From Verrucomicrobiota bacterium (GTDB lineage Bacteria > Verrucomicrobiota > Lentisphaeria > Lentisphaerales > Lentisphaeraceae), in assembly GCA_039798785.1 (NCBI GenBank), contig JBDKFG010000051.1:1-36407 (forward strand): a stretch of 36,407 bases of DNA, in the 5' to 3' direction. The position numbers were made by a program, and so were the translations under genes. Shown in pieces: positions 8,186 through 19,900 of the stretch; the first letter of the stretch is position 1, and the number at the start of each line of letters is the position of its first letter. The notes below the pieces were generated by a model. It was given only the letters and a program-made list of their open reading frames with translations. It was not told the DNA's origin and did not search any database.

Positions 8186-9392
8186 TTCGCTCCATCAGCA
8201 CGGCGCTTTCGAAGTGGGCGGTTTGGGGGAACATGTCGAGGAGGGCGCAACGGCTGAGCTGGTAGCCGGCGGCGCAGAGTCCTTTCAGATCTCGGGCGAG
8301 GGTGGAGGGTTCGCAGGAGACGTACAGGATCCAGCGCGGCTTGCGGGAGGCGATGGAAGCGATGGCCTTGTCGCTGCAGCCGGCGCGGGGCGGGTCGAGG
8401 ATGAGGAGGGTGTTTTCGGGCTGGAGGCGGAGCGCGGCGTCGAGGAGCTTGCCGGCGTCGCCGGCTTCGTACTTGTGAGTGCCGGCGCAGCCGCGTTGGA
8501 CCGCGTTGACACGGGCGGCCTCGATGCCGGGGCCGTCGTTCTCGATGCCGAAGACCGGCTTGCCTTGCAGGGCGAGGCCGAGGAAGCCGGCGCCGCAGTA
8601 GGCGTCGACGGCGCGGGCGTAGGGGATCGAGGCGCCCCAGCGGCCGACCAGGTCGAAGAGGAGCGAGCCGACTTCGGGATTGACTTGCGAGAAGGAGCCG
8701 GCCGGGACCGAGTAGGGCAGGCCGGCGAGATCCTCCTTGCGCCAGGGCAGGTTGGGCGGGGCCGAGCCGAAGAGACAGACCGTGCCGCTGCCTGGGGCCC
8801 AGCGGATGCTGACGTCGCGCGGGGTGTCGCGGCGGGTGTTTTTGCGGCCGTAATCGGACTTGCCGAGCTTGCGGATCTCGGCGTTCACCTCGTCGCGCGC
8901 CAGCGGGCATTTGTCAACCGGGAGGATCTCCTGATTGTCGAGGGCGGTGTAGCCGTAGCGGAGGCCGCGGTTGGTTTCGACCGGATGGAGACTGATCCGG
9001 TTGCGGTAGTTCCAGGCCGAGGGCGCGGCGATGACTTCGTCGAGCTTCTCCACCGGGACGCCGCCGAGGCGGCGCAGGGTTTCGAGGAGCTGTGTCGTCT
9101 TCAGCCGCAGCTGCTCGTCATAGGTCGCGTGCTGGTATTGGCAGCCGCCGCAACGGCCGTAGAGCGGGCATTGCGCTTCGACGCGTTGCGGCGAGGCTTC
9201 GAGGATTTCTGCGATTTCGGCGCGCGCGTGTTTGGCGTGCAGGGACTTGATGCGGACCCGGAGTTTTTCGCCGGGGAGCGCGAAGGGGATGAAGCAGGCG
9301 CGGCCGTCGGGCAGCTTGCCGACGGCTTCGCCGCCGAGAGCGGTGCCGTGGGCCTGGATTTCGACGAGCTCGTCGACGCGGATTTCAGACAT
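8181..9392 (-). CDS. rlmD: RlmD/TrmA-family RNA (uracil-5-)-methyltransferase with TRAM domain
   Basis: TRAM region (ALPGE), Fe-S motif CPLYGRCGGCQYQH...CP, SFSQVN, DAYCGAG, DPPRAG, YVSCEPSTLARD, DMFPQTAHFE. The exact RNA target cannot be determined from sequence. Confidence 0.88.
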   Translation of the reverse strand: MSEIRVDELVEIQAHGTALGGEAVGKLPDGRACFIPFALPGEKLRVRIKSLHAKHARAEIAEILEASPQRVEAQCPLYGRCGGCQYQHATYDEQLRLKTTQLLETLRRLGGVPVEKLDEVIAAPSAWNYRNRISLHPVETNRGLRYGYTALDNQEILPVDKCPLARDEVNAEIRKLGKSDYGRKNTRRDTPRDVSIRWAPGSGTVCLFGSAPPNLPWRKEDLAGLPYSVPAGSFSQVNPEVGSLLFDLVGRWGASIPYARAVDAYCGAGFLGLALQGKPVFGIENDGPGIEAARVNAVQRGCAGTHKYEAGDAGKLLDAALRLQPENTLLILDPPRAGCSDKAIASIASRKPRWILYVSCEPSTLARDLKGLCAAGYQLSRCALLDMFPQTAHFESAVLMERI

Positions 9393-9455
9393 GGAGTTTC
9401 CTGGGAGCCCCGGCTTCTTGCCGGGTGAGTTGGGAGATTTCCGGACGCAGCAACT

Positions 9456-10586
9456 TCACAAAAATTGCAAAGTGGCGTAGCCCGCGGCGGGCAGGAGCAG
9501 GGCTCCGGCTAGAAGAATGCCGAGGCAGCCGGCCTTCTTTTCCGGCTGAGCCGGACGGGGTTTGTTGGCCGGAGCCTGCATCTGGATCTTGGGCGTGGCT
9601 GAGGCGGACATCTTGGCGATTTTCGACGTGTCGGCGCGTTTCTTCAAGGCGTCGACGCGTTTGATCACTTCCTGCCAGTCGCGCAATCGCTTTCCTGGCT
9701 CGATCGCCATCATGTCTTGGATCAGCTTGATGAAGGGACTGCTGAGGTCACTACGGGCTTCGGCCAGAGAGCTCGGATCGCGGCGCAGCTTGGTCGCCAT
9801 CACCTGCATCGGCTCCATGCCGTCGAAAGGCGGCTTGCCGGCGGCGAGATGGTAGAGGGTGGCGCCTAGGGAGTAGATGTCGGAGCGTTGGTCGAGATCG
9901 CGCTCGCCCATGGCCTGTTCCGGGCTCATGTAGTAAGGCGTGCCCATGACGGTGCCGACGGCGGTGAGGTGGGTGTCGTCGCTCATGTTTTTGGCGATGC
10001 CCATGTCGGCGAGGACGAAGCGGCCTTCGCCGTCGATCATGATGTTGGCGGGCTTGATGTCGCGGTGCAGCAGGCTGTGTTCCTCCCAGGCGAAGCAGAG
10101 GGCTTCGGCGGCGTTCTTGGCCAGTTCGATCAGGCGTTCTTCCTTGAAGGGGCCATGGCGTTCCAGGTCGTCCTCGGTCGTGCCGCCGTCGATCAGGTTC
10201 ATCGCCAGAAATTGGCCGGCGCCGTGACGGCCGGCGTCGAGCGCTTGGACGAAGCCGGGGTGGTTGAGTTTGGCGAGATGGGCCGCTTCGCGCTGGAAGC
10301 GCTGGCGGGCCTCGGGGTCTTCCAAGTTGTTGTCGGGAATGTATTTCAGGGCGACGGTGCGATTCATCATCTCATGCTTGGCGAGATGGACTTCGCCCAT
10401 GTTGCCGCTGCCGATCATGTGGTCGATCAGGTAGGAGCCGACATGGTCGCCGTTGCGCAGGATCGGATTGGGAACGGCGAGGCGCCTGCCGCAACCAGGC
10501 TTGGGGCAGTTGACGTCCGAGCCGGCCAGCTCATCCGGCGCCGACACCTTCGATCGGCAGCCGGAACAGCGAAATTTGATGCTCAT
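9456..10586 (-). CDS. Hanks-type Ser/Thr protein kinase with N-terminal zinc ribbon and C-terminal membrane anchor
   Basis: MSIKFRCSGC...CPKPGC, GSGNMGEV, VALK, HRDIKPANI, DMG, GTPYYMSPEQ, DIYSLG, hydrophobic C-terminus. Start set at the Met (10586) just before the zinc ribbon. Confidence 0.93.
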   Translation of the reverse strand: MSIKFRCSGCRSKVSAPDELAGSDVNCPKPGCGRRLAVPNPILRNGDHVGSYLIDHMIGSGNMGEVHLAKHEMMNRTVALKYIPDNNLEDPEARQRFQREAAHLAKLNHPGFVQALDAGRHGAGQFLAMNLIDGGTTEDDLERHGPFKEERLIELAKNAAEALCFAWEEHSLLHRDIKPANIMIDGEGRFVLADMGIAKNMSDDTHLTAVGTVMGTPYYMSPEQAMGERDLDQRSDIYSLGATLYHLAAGKPPFDGMEPMQVMATKLRRDPSSLAEARSDLSSPFIKLIQDMMAIEPGKRLRDWQEVIKRVDALKKRADTSKIAKMSASATPKIQMQAPANKPRPAQPEKKAGCLGILLAGALLLPAAGYATLQFL

Positions 10587-10953
10587 GAAATGTTGGGGTC
10601 CCGCAGGGCTTTTGGAAAACCTCCAAAGATGCCTCCATCTGCGCAAAAGGGAAGGGGCGGAAAGAGCTCTGATTCGCTTCGGTCAAGATTGTGGAATCTC
10701 TTCGTTTGTCGGATTTTGCGACTTCTCAATGTAAATCCGCCCAGATCTTCTCCGCAAGCCCGCTTCGAAAAGAATCACGGATTTCCTGGAGAGTGGAAAT
10801 CTTTTCCTTAGAAGCGCTCGCTTCAAGAGGATTTCTGTGAAAAAGCCTCTGGCGATAAGGGTTGGCATTAAACTTTCGATGGCGGCAGTCGACAGAGGAT
10901 GTCCAGAGCCCTCTTAGACCTTCAACCGCACTCCAACAGAAAGGGATTTCACC

Positions 10954-13900
10954 ATGCCAGACGTAACCTCCAGCTTCTTCGAAGACAACGTCCTCAAAAT
11001 CAGCGGCACCGGTGGAGCTTCTGTTGCCAACAAGGCGACCGGCACCTATGGAGCCTTGACTGTCACGGCTGCGGGTCTCTGGACCTATACGCCGGTTCCT
11101 TCGAAAATCGCTTCCTTGGCCTTTGGTCAGACTTACACCGAAAACATCACGCTCGATAGCAAAACCTTTGCTTTCACCATCTATGGAACGAATGATGAAG
11201 CCAAGGTCGGTGGGACCAAGACGGCCACGGTTCTTGAAGATACCGGCAGTGGTACTGTCGTTGTTTCCGGAGCCTTGACCGTGACCGATCCCGATTCCGG
11301 CGAATCTGCCTTCCGGGGCATCCTCAGCGGCGGTAACATTGTCAACTCCGTCTCCAAGACCTACGGGACTTTCACTTTTAATGCCGATACCAAGATTTGG
11401 AAATACACCTACGACACCTCCGATCTCCAGACGCTCGGTGCAAAGGATGCGCCTTCCGAACAGATCGTGATTGTCACGAAGGATGGCAGCACTTCCACCG
11501 TCACGGTCAATATCAAAGGCGCCAATGACGTTGCTACCATCACGGGCACTGTCACCTCCACCCTCACCGAAGATGCCGATGTCACCGATGGCTCCACCGG
11601 CGCCAACATCGTCAGTATGAATGCTGGTGTCGTCGATATCGCCGCGACAGCGCCGAAGAAGGGCTTCCTGCACGCCAGTGGCGACCTCAACATCAGCGGG
11701 AACGATGGCACCGATAACAAATTCACTGCGGGGGTCTTCTCCAAGACTTATGGCATTTTTGCTATCGATGAAGACGGTAATTGGACCTATGATGCCGCCA
11801 ACAACAGCAGCGCCATCCAGGCTCTGACCGATGGTAGTACCAAAGTGGAAAGCATTGTCGTCAAGTCGAAGGATGGGCTTAATTCCACCACTGTGAGCAT
11901 TACTATCAAGGGGGCCAGCAATACCACGGCTGGTGGCTCCGGGGTGGCGACCGAAAGCAATACCGGCAAAGATTCGGCGATCTCGGGGACTCTCACGGTT
12001 CTCGACAACGGGGCCGCCCTCAGTGTCGCTAACCGTCCATCCGATGTCACCGTCGCCGATCACGGTTCCACGGCTGCAACCTCCGGTGGCGCTTCCGGCG
12101 CTTACGGTCTCTTCACCTACACCGCCTCCACCAACAAGTGGACCTACACCCTCAACTCCAGCCTCACTGCGATCGACAACCTCAAGGCCAACGAGACTCT
12201 GACCGACACCCTGACGATCAGCGGCAAGGACGTCATCGTTGTCATCAAGGGCGCTGACGACCTCGCCCAGTTCACAGGCGGCCTGACGGGATCGATTACT
12301 GAGAATGGCGCCACCAGTTCTGCCGGTATCCTTCAGGCCACTGGCAGCCTTGATGCTTCCTTCAACTACACTCCAACGAACCCGATTCACGACGATAACG
12401 CGACTGAATTCCTTGCGGCCACCACCTCGAAAACCAACGGCATCTTCAGCGTCGATTCCGCCGGTACTTGGACTTACAAGAGCCTGGCGAACAATCCTAA
12501 CTTGCAGAAGCTTGCTGCCGGCGCGACTCTGACCGAGTCCTTCGTGGTCAAAACCGCAGACGGCAAAGCATCGACGACCGTCACCCTGACTCTCAATGGC
12601 AGCAACACCGTCAGTGAAGGCGCCGCGGGAACTGTCACTGAAAGCAATACCGCCACCACCACCACCATCTCCGGCGTCCTTTCCGTCCTGGACACCGGTA
12701 TCGCTTTGGAAAGTTCGGCTCGCCCCAGCGACCTGACCACCGCCAACACTGCTGCGTCCACCTCGGGGGGCAGCAGCGGCTCCTACGGTCTCTTCACCTA
12801 TACGGCTTCCACCAACAAGTGGACCTACGCCCTCACCAACGCGCTGGTCACCCAACTTGCGGCTAACGAAACTGTGATTGATAGCCTGGTGCTGGGTACA
12901 GGGGAAATTGTCGATGTTGTGATCAAAGGCGTTAATGATGTCGCCACCGTCAGTGCCATCGTTCCGGTCACAGGTGCAACCGCCCTCGGCTCTGACACGA
13001 CCACCGCGGCGATCCTGGTCACTCTCACTGAAGACAACTCCTCTGACATCACTGGTGGCAATCTCAAGGCTACTGGTAAGCTTACCGCGACTGATGTCGA
13101 TACTGGCGAAGCGGCCTTCATCGCTCAGACTGTCTCCGACAGTGTCGGCGTCTTCACCTTGGAAAGCGATGGCGACTGGACGTACATCGCCTCAAACACC
13201 AATGCCACCATCCAAAAGCTGACGTCGGCAACGACTTCACTTCTTACCCGTAATTACACCGCCAAGACTGTCGATGGCGTCACCAAAGCCATCGGCATCA
13301 AGATCCTCGGCGCTTCCAATAACACTTTCGCCTACGACGCCGTCACCCTCGATGCCGATATCACCAACACCGTCTCCGGCCAGCTCAAGAACCTCGACGG
13401 CACGATCTCCGTCACCCCGGGCGCCTACTCTCATGCCGTCACCACCCACGGCAAGCTGGTGATCGGTGCTGACGGCAAGTTTGTCTATCACCTCGCGGAT
13501 ACCAACTTCACTACTGGTGATACAGAGACCGTCACCGTCACGGTCGGATCCACCACCACGGATGTGATCATCACCCTCACCAAGAGCGATCTGCCCAACG
13601 TCGTCACCGGCAACACCAGCGGATCCTTGACCCTTGAAGCCGACGGCTCCACCGCTCTAGTCACCGGAGATCTCAACGCCGTCGACCCTGACGACGCCAG
13701 CTCCGAAAACTTTGACACCAACGCCTACGCATCCCCAAGCTATGGTACCGTCACCATTCTCGCCAACGGCAACTGGAGCTACCAAGTCGATGATGCCAAC
13801 TCCACTCTCAAGGCCTTGACCTCGGCCCAGAGCCTGACTGACACCTTCATTGTCCAGACTGACGGCTCCGGCACCGAAGGTTCGACCACCGTCAGCATTG

Positions 13901-16900
13901 TCATCACCGGCAAGAAGGATGCCCCGGTCGGGGTCAATGACGCCAATTCCTGCGAAGAAGATGCTTCGATCACCTCGAGCGTCTCCGTCGTCGCCAACGA
14001 CACCGATGTCGACTCAGGTCAGCAGGCTACACTTTCTGTTGCCTTCGCCAAAAAGTCAGGTGGCGTCGCCAGCGCCGTCAGTAGTGCAGGCACTGCTATC
14101 ACCGGCCTTTACGGTACATTGACTATCAAATCCAACGGCACTTATACCTATAAAGCCGATCTTCCCGCCTCTGACCTCCTCGCCACTGCAGCCACCGGTA
14201 ACGACGTCTTCGTATACACTGTCAAAGACGCCGACGGCGAAACCCATACCGCCAACTTGACCATCACCGTCACTGGCAAAGAAGATGGCAGTGCCGTCGA
14301 GGCCACCAGTGGTGACGATACTATCACCGCAACCGCCAACGACGAAACCATAGATGGCCTCGCCGGTGATGACGTCATCAATGGTGGCGACGGTGCCGAT
14401 ACCCTTAGCGGCAGCGCCGGCAACGATGAAATCGATGGCCAGGATGGCAATGACATCATCAAAGGCGGTGACGGAGCCGACACGCTCACCGGCGGCAATG
14501 GCAACGACAGCGTTGACGGCGAAGCGGGTGCAGACACCATATCTGATGCGGCAGGCACCAACACCCTTAAGGGCGGTGCCGGCAACGACATCATCACGGG
14601 CGGCACAGGTGCCGATACTATTGAAGGGGGAGCCGACAATGACTACATCGCTGGTGGCGCTGGCGCCGACTCCCTCAAGGGGGAAGCTGGTGACGACCTC
14701 TTGGTCTACGGATCTGGCGATACCCTCGTCGACGGTGGTTCCGGCACAGATACTTTGCGCATCCTAGGTTCCACCACGGTCGACATGACTACGGTCTTCG
14801 CCAATATAGAGCGGGTAGAAGGCAAGTCTTCTGATGTCGATCCTGAGGCCGCCACCAACAATGCCCAGACCTTGTTGGTCAACTCGACTGTGCTTACCAG
14901 CGTCGTGTACATTGATCTGGGCGCCGGCACGGACGAATTGCAGGTCTCCGGCACTGTCACGCTGGCAAGTACCACTCTCGTCGGTGTCGATACGATTCAG
15001 GGCCTGGGTAGCGACGACACCGTTACCGGCACTGCCAATGCCGACACCATCAAAGGTGGCGCTGGAGATGACACCATCGATGGTGGAGCTGGAATCGACA
15101 CTCTTCTCGGTGAGGCCGGTGACGACACCTTCATCTGGTCCGCCAGCAACGACACCATCACCGGTGGCGAAACATCCGAGGATGGCGGCGGCGACGTCCT
15201 GAAAGCATCGGGAACCGTAGATATCTCCGGTGCGACCATAACTGAAGTCGAAAAGCTTCTCGGTGTCGCCACTCTCACGGATGTCATAACTATCAAGGGT
15301 AGCGAAGGCTTCACTGCCATCGACCTGGGTACCGCCACGGGCACCGCCAGCGACACAGTCATCTTCAATGTTAACGCTCTTGATCTCACCGGAGTCACCC
15401 TCACTGGCGTCGAGGCCATCAAGAGCGTGGTCACCGCCAATGCCGCCGATACGCTCACCCTGGCAGGCTCGACCACACTCGATACGCTGAAGTCGATCGA
15501 TCTCGGCTCCAATACTGACACCTTGAAGATCTCGGGTTCTGTGGACCTGAGTGCCATCACCCTTACTGGAGTCGAGACTTTAAACGGCGACGGAGCTGTG
15601 GCTAACGAAGTCGTCACACTGACTGTTTCATCGACCAATTCCAGCCTCGGCTCGCTGACCACGCTCAACCTCGGCGGCGGTACCGCTGACGAACTCAAGG
15701 TTCAGGGCACCCTGAGTCTCTCCGGAGCCACCGTCAGCAATATCGAGAAGTTGACCGGTTCTACGGCTGCTGACACCATCACCATCAAGGGCACAGAAGG
15801 ATTCACCACCATCGATCTTGATGATGGCGCTGACACTTTGGTCGTCACTGCCGCCACCGTCACCTTCGCCGGCGTCACCCTGACTGATGTCGAATTGATC
15901 AAGGGCAACGGCACCGTCCAGACCATCACCGGTTCGGCGGGTAACGACACCTTTGAAGTCACTACCAACGTCACCATCGACGGCGGTACGGCCGGTACCG
16001 ATGTCGTTAAAGGGACCAGCGGCGATGACTTCATCTATCTCGACAAGATCACCAATGTCGACACCATCGACGCCTTGGATGCCACGGGCGATGACGATGT
16101 CCTCATCGTCGGCTCCTCCTCCAGTCTGACTGGTGTCACCATAAGCAACTTCGAGAAGATCGAAGGCACCTCCGGTAACGACAACTTCACCATTGATGCC
16201 ACCGCCTTCGGTGTCATCACTGGTGGAGGCATCACCAGTATCGACCTGAAGGCTGGTACCAACACCGTCATCGTCTCTGGAACCACCGCCGTCGACTTCT
16301 CTTCCTTCACCTTCAGCAATGTGTCTGCCATCCAGGGCAACACGGCTGCCAACACCATCACTGGCACCTCGGGCGCGGATGTCATCAAAGGCGGTGACGG
16401 CGACGACATTCTCTTCTGGGACGCCGACGACACCTTCGATGGTGAGAATAACAATGATACCGTCAAGGGCAGTGCCGATGCCGATACCATCGCGCTGGCC
16501 AATATCAGCAATGTCGAGACCATCGACGGCTTGGGCAACGGCAGTGACGTGCTCGTCGTTTCCGGTGCCGCCACACTGGCCGCCATCACTCTCGCCAACA
16601 TCGAATCGATCGAAGGCTTGTCCGGTGCTGACAGCTTGACCATCGGCACCGTTGCTGCTCTCGGCGCCGTGGCGAGCATCGATCTCAAGGCCGGCGCCAA
16701 CAAGCTTCTGGTCACTGGCACTGTCGATCTCAGCGCCATCACCCTCGCAGCTACCGGTGGCACTCTGACGGTCGAAGGCACCGCCGGTGTCGAGACCATC
16801 ACTGTCGGCAACGCAGGTCACACCATCGATGGCAAGGGCGGCGCCGATGTCCTCACCGGCGGCACCGGTAATGACAGCTTCTATTGGTACGCGAGCACCA

Positions 16901-19900
16901 CCATCAACGGCACCAGCGGCACCGACTCGGTTCTTGGCACCACAGGTAATGACACCATCGTCCTGGCCAGCTTGAGCAACATCGATACCATCAACGGTCT
17001 CGGCAGCGGAGACACTGACAAAGTCACCGTCTCCGGCACCGCCACGTTGGCAGGCATCACCTTGAGCAACGTTGAAAGCGTCGAAGGCTCGGCCAGCGCC
17101 GACACCCTGACTCTGAACACCATTGCCGCTCTCGGCGGAGCCAGCATAGATCTTCTCGCTGGGGCCAATACCGTCATCGTCACTGCAGACGCGGTCTTCA
17201 CCTCCGTCACTGTCTCGGCCACAGGCGGCACCGTCAGTCTCCAGGCTTCGGCAGCGGGGGTCGACATCACCGGTACTGCCGGTGACGATACCTTCGTCGG
17301 CAGCAGCGGCGCCAATATTCTCATCGGCGGGGCTGGCAACGACACCTTCACCTGGGACTCGGCCGACACCTTTGATGGTGGCGCAAACGCCGATACTCTC
17401 AATGGCACGGCCGCTGATGACACCTTCGCGCTGGAGAAGATCTCCAACATCGAGACCATCGTCTCGGGCGGCGGCACCGACACCATCAGCTTCGCTGGCG
17501 CGGCCAGCCTCAGTGGCATCACTTTGACCGGCTTCGGCACCACCTTGAATCTTTCAGGATCGGGCAGTGATGACACCCTCACCCTGAACACTGCTGCCTT
17601 CGGCGGCTTCACCACCGTCAATATCGCTGGTGGCGCACACAGCACCGGCGACGTTATCGACCTGGTCGGCAACCTCAACCTCTCGAACTACAACATCAGT
17701 CAGTTCGAGAAGATCACCGGCACGGATAACGGCACCCATGTCATCACTCTTGGCGTCAGCGGTGCAAACAGCACCTTTGGCAACTTCACTCATGTCACTC
17801 TGGGCAGCGACAACGCCGACGAACTGGTGGTGCAAGGCACTCTTGACATGAGCGGCAAGACGATCAGCGGAGTGGAAAAACTCACCGGTTCTTCCAGTGA
17901 CGACGCCTTGACCATCAAGGGCTCGGAAGGATTCACCACCATCGCTCTTGGCGCCGGAGTCAATACCCTGATCATCGCTGATGATGCGGCTTCGCTCGCC
18001 ACTGCCGCCACCTTCACTGGTGTCACCTTGGTTCAATTCGAGAACGATGTCGATACCTTCACGGGCAGCAACACCAGCACCACTTACGAGTGGAACGCCA
18101 ACCTTGTCACCCTCACCGCTGGTTCTGGCGGCGCCGACACCGTTGTCGGTACGACCGGCGATGACACGATTGATCTCAGTAAGCTGGTCAACGTTGAGAC
18201 GGTCGATGGTAAAGAGGGCACCGGCGATGCCATTGTCATCGACGGCACCATCAGCGCCACTCTGTCGAACTTTGAAGTGATGACTGGCGGCGCGAATGCC
18301 GACACCGTCACCCTCACTGCCGCCCAGCTTCTGGCCTTTACGAGTATTGATCTCAATAATGGCACCGATAAGATCATTGCCAGCGGCGCCGGTACCTTCA
18401 ACCTCTCCAACGTCGTCGACGTCGAGCAGATCGAGGGTACGGCCGCCCAGCAGACCATCCTGATCGGTACCAGTGTCGGTTACACCATCGATGGCAAAGG
18501 TGGCAGCGACACCATCACCGGCGGTGCAGGTAACGACACCATCACCTACTATGTCGGTGACATTGTCGATGGCGGCAACGGCAGCGACACTCTCCTGGTC
18601 AGCGGCACCGCCACCGTAACCCTCACCGGTACAAGTAACATTGAAACCGTGCAGGGTAATGCTGAGGACAACATCATCACTGGTGGCGCGACTGCGGATA
18701 CCCTGAAAGGCGGCGCTGGTGCTGACACCTTGAGCGGTGCCGGCGGTAACGACAGCCTCTTCGGCGAAGCCGGTAACGACATCTTTGTCTATTCCACCGG
18801 GGATGACTACGATGGTGGTTCGGATACTGACACTCTGCAAATCACCGCAGGTGGATTTACCACTCTTGCCAGCTCGACTCTCAACGATGTCGAAAATATC
18901 AGTGTCGCCAACACTGCCGCCGTCGCCGTTGAGACCCTGGTCATAGTCGATGCCAACCTCGACGATGTCACTCTGGTTCATCTTGGTGCTGGTGCCGATA
19001 CGCTGCAGATCATCGGCAACGTCGATCTCTCCGGCCTGACCTTGTCCGGGGCGGAGACCATCTTGGGCACCTCGGCGGACAACGTCCTCACTATCAAGGA
19101 TGCCAACCTCAATGATGTCACCAGCATTGATCTCGGTACCGACAGTACTGATGACATCCTCAGGATTTCCGGATCGGTCGACCTGGCGACCACGACTCTT
19201 ACCGGGGTCGAGATTGTCAATGGCGACGGCACTACCAGCAACGAGGTGCTCACTCTCCGAGTCAATACGGACTCCGTGCTCGACTCGATCACCACCATCG
19301 ATCTTGGCAACGGCACCACCGACGAGCTGGTCGTCTCCGGTACTGTTGATCTCAGTTCCGCCACCATCAACAACGTCGAGATACTGCGAGGCAGTGGCAG
19401 TGCCGACGTCATCACTGTCGATGATAGCTCGGATAATTTCACCACCATTGATCTCGGTGGCGGTACTGATGAATTGATCTTTAGCGGTAGCCTAGATCTC
19501 TCGGTCAAGACTCTGATCGATACCGAGACGCTGACTGGCGATGGCAATGCCAACGTCCTGACCCTCTCGGTCGTCGCAGGCAATAGCACCCTCGGTTCGA
19601 TCACCGACGTCGATCTCCTAGGCGGTACTGATGAGCTGGTCGTCCAAGGCGTTGTCAGCCTGACGGCTGCGGATTTCGTCCTTGTCGAAGAACTGTCTGG
19701 CGGAGCCACCGATGACGTCGTGACCGTGAAGATCGCCGACATCACCGCGACCAACTTCACGGCTATTGATCTCGACACCGGCACCGACATCCTTGTGGTT
19801 GATGGCGCCAACGGAGCAGTCGACCTCAGCACCGGTTCAAGAACGATCGCCGGTGCCGAGCTGATCCGCTTTGTCAATGTCACTGCCTCCGCCATCACTG

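Noticed and set aside
15210..15740. SGAT motifs in the giant protein as ApbE flavinylation sites
   Set aside because: VDISGAT and LSLSGAT do not fit the Dxx[ST]GA[ST] spacing or an FMN-binding domain context, and such words are expected by chance in a G/A/S/T-rich protein.
10726..19898. Long minus-strand ORFs inside the giant gene (for example 709, 475 and 397 aa)
   Set aside because: They mirror the codon structure of the repetitive T/G/D-rich sense gene; there is no independent coding evidence.
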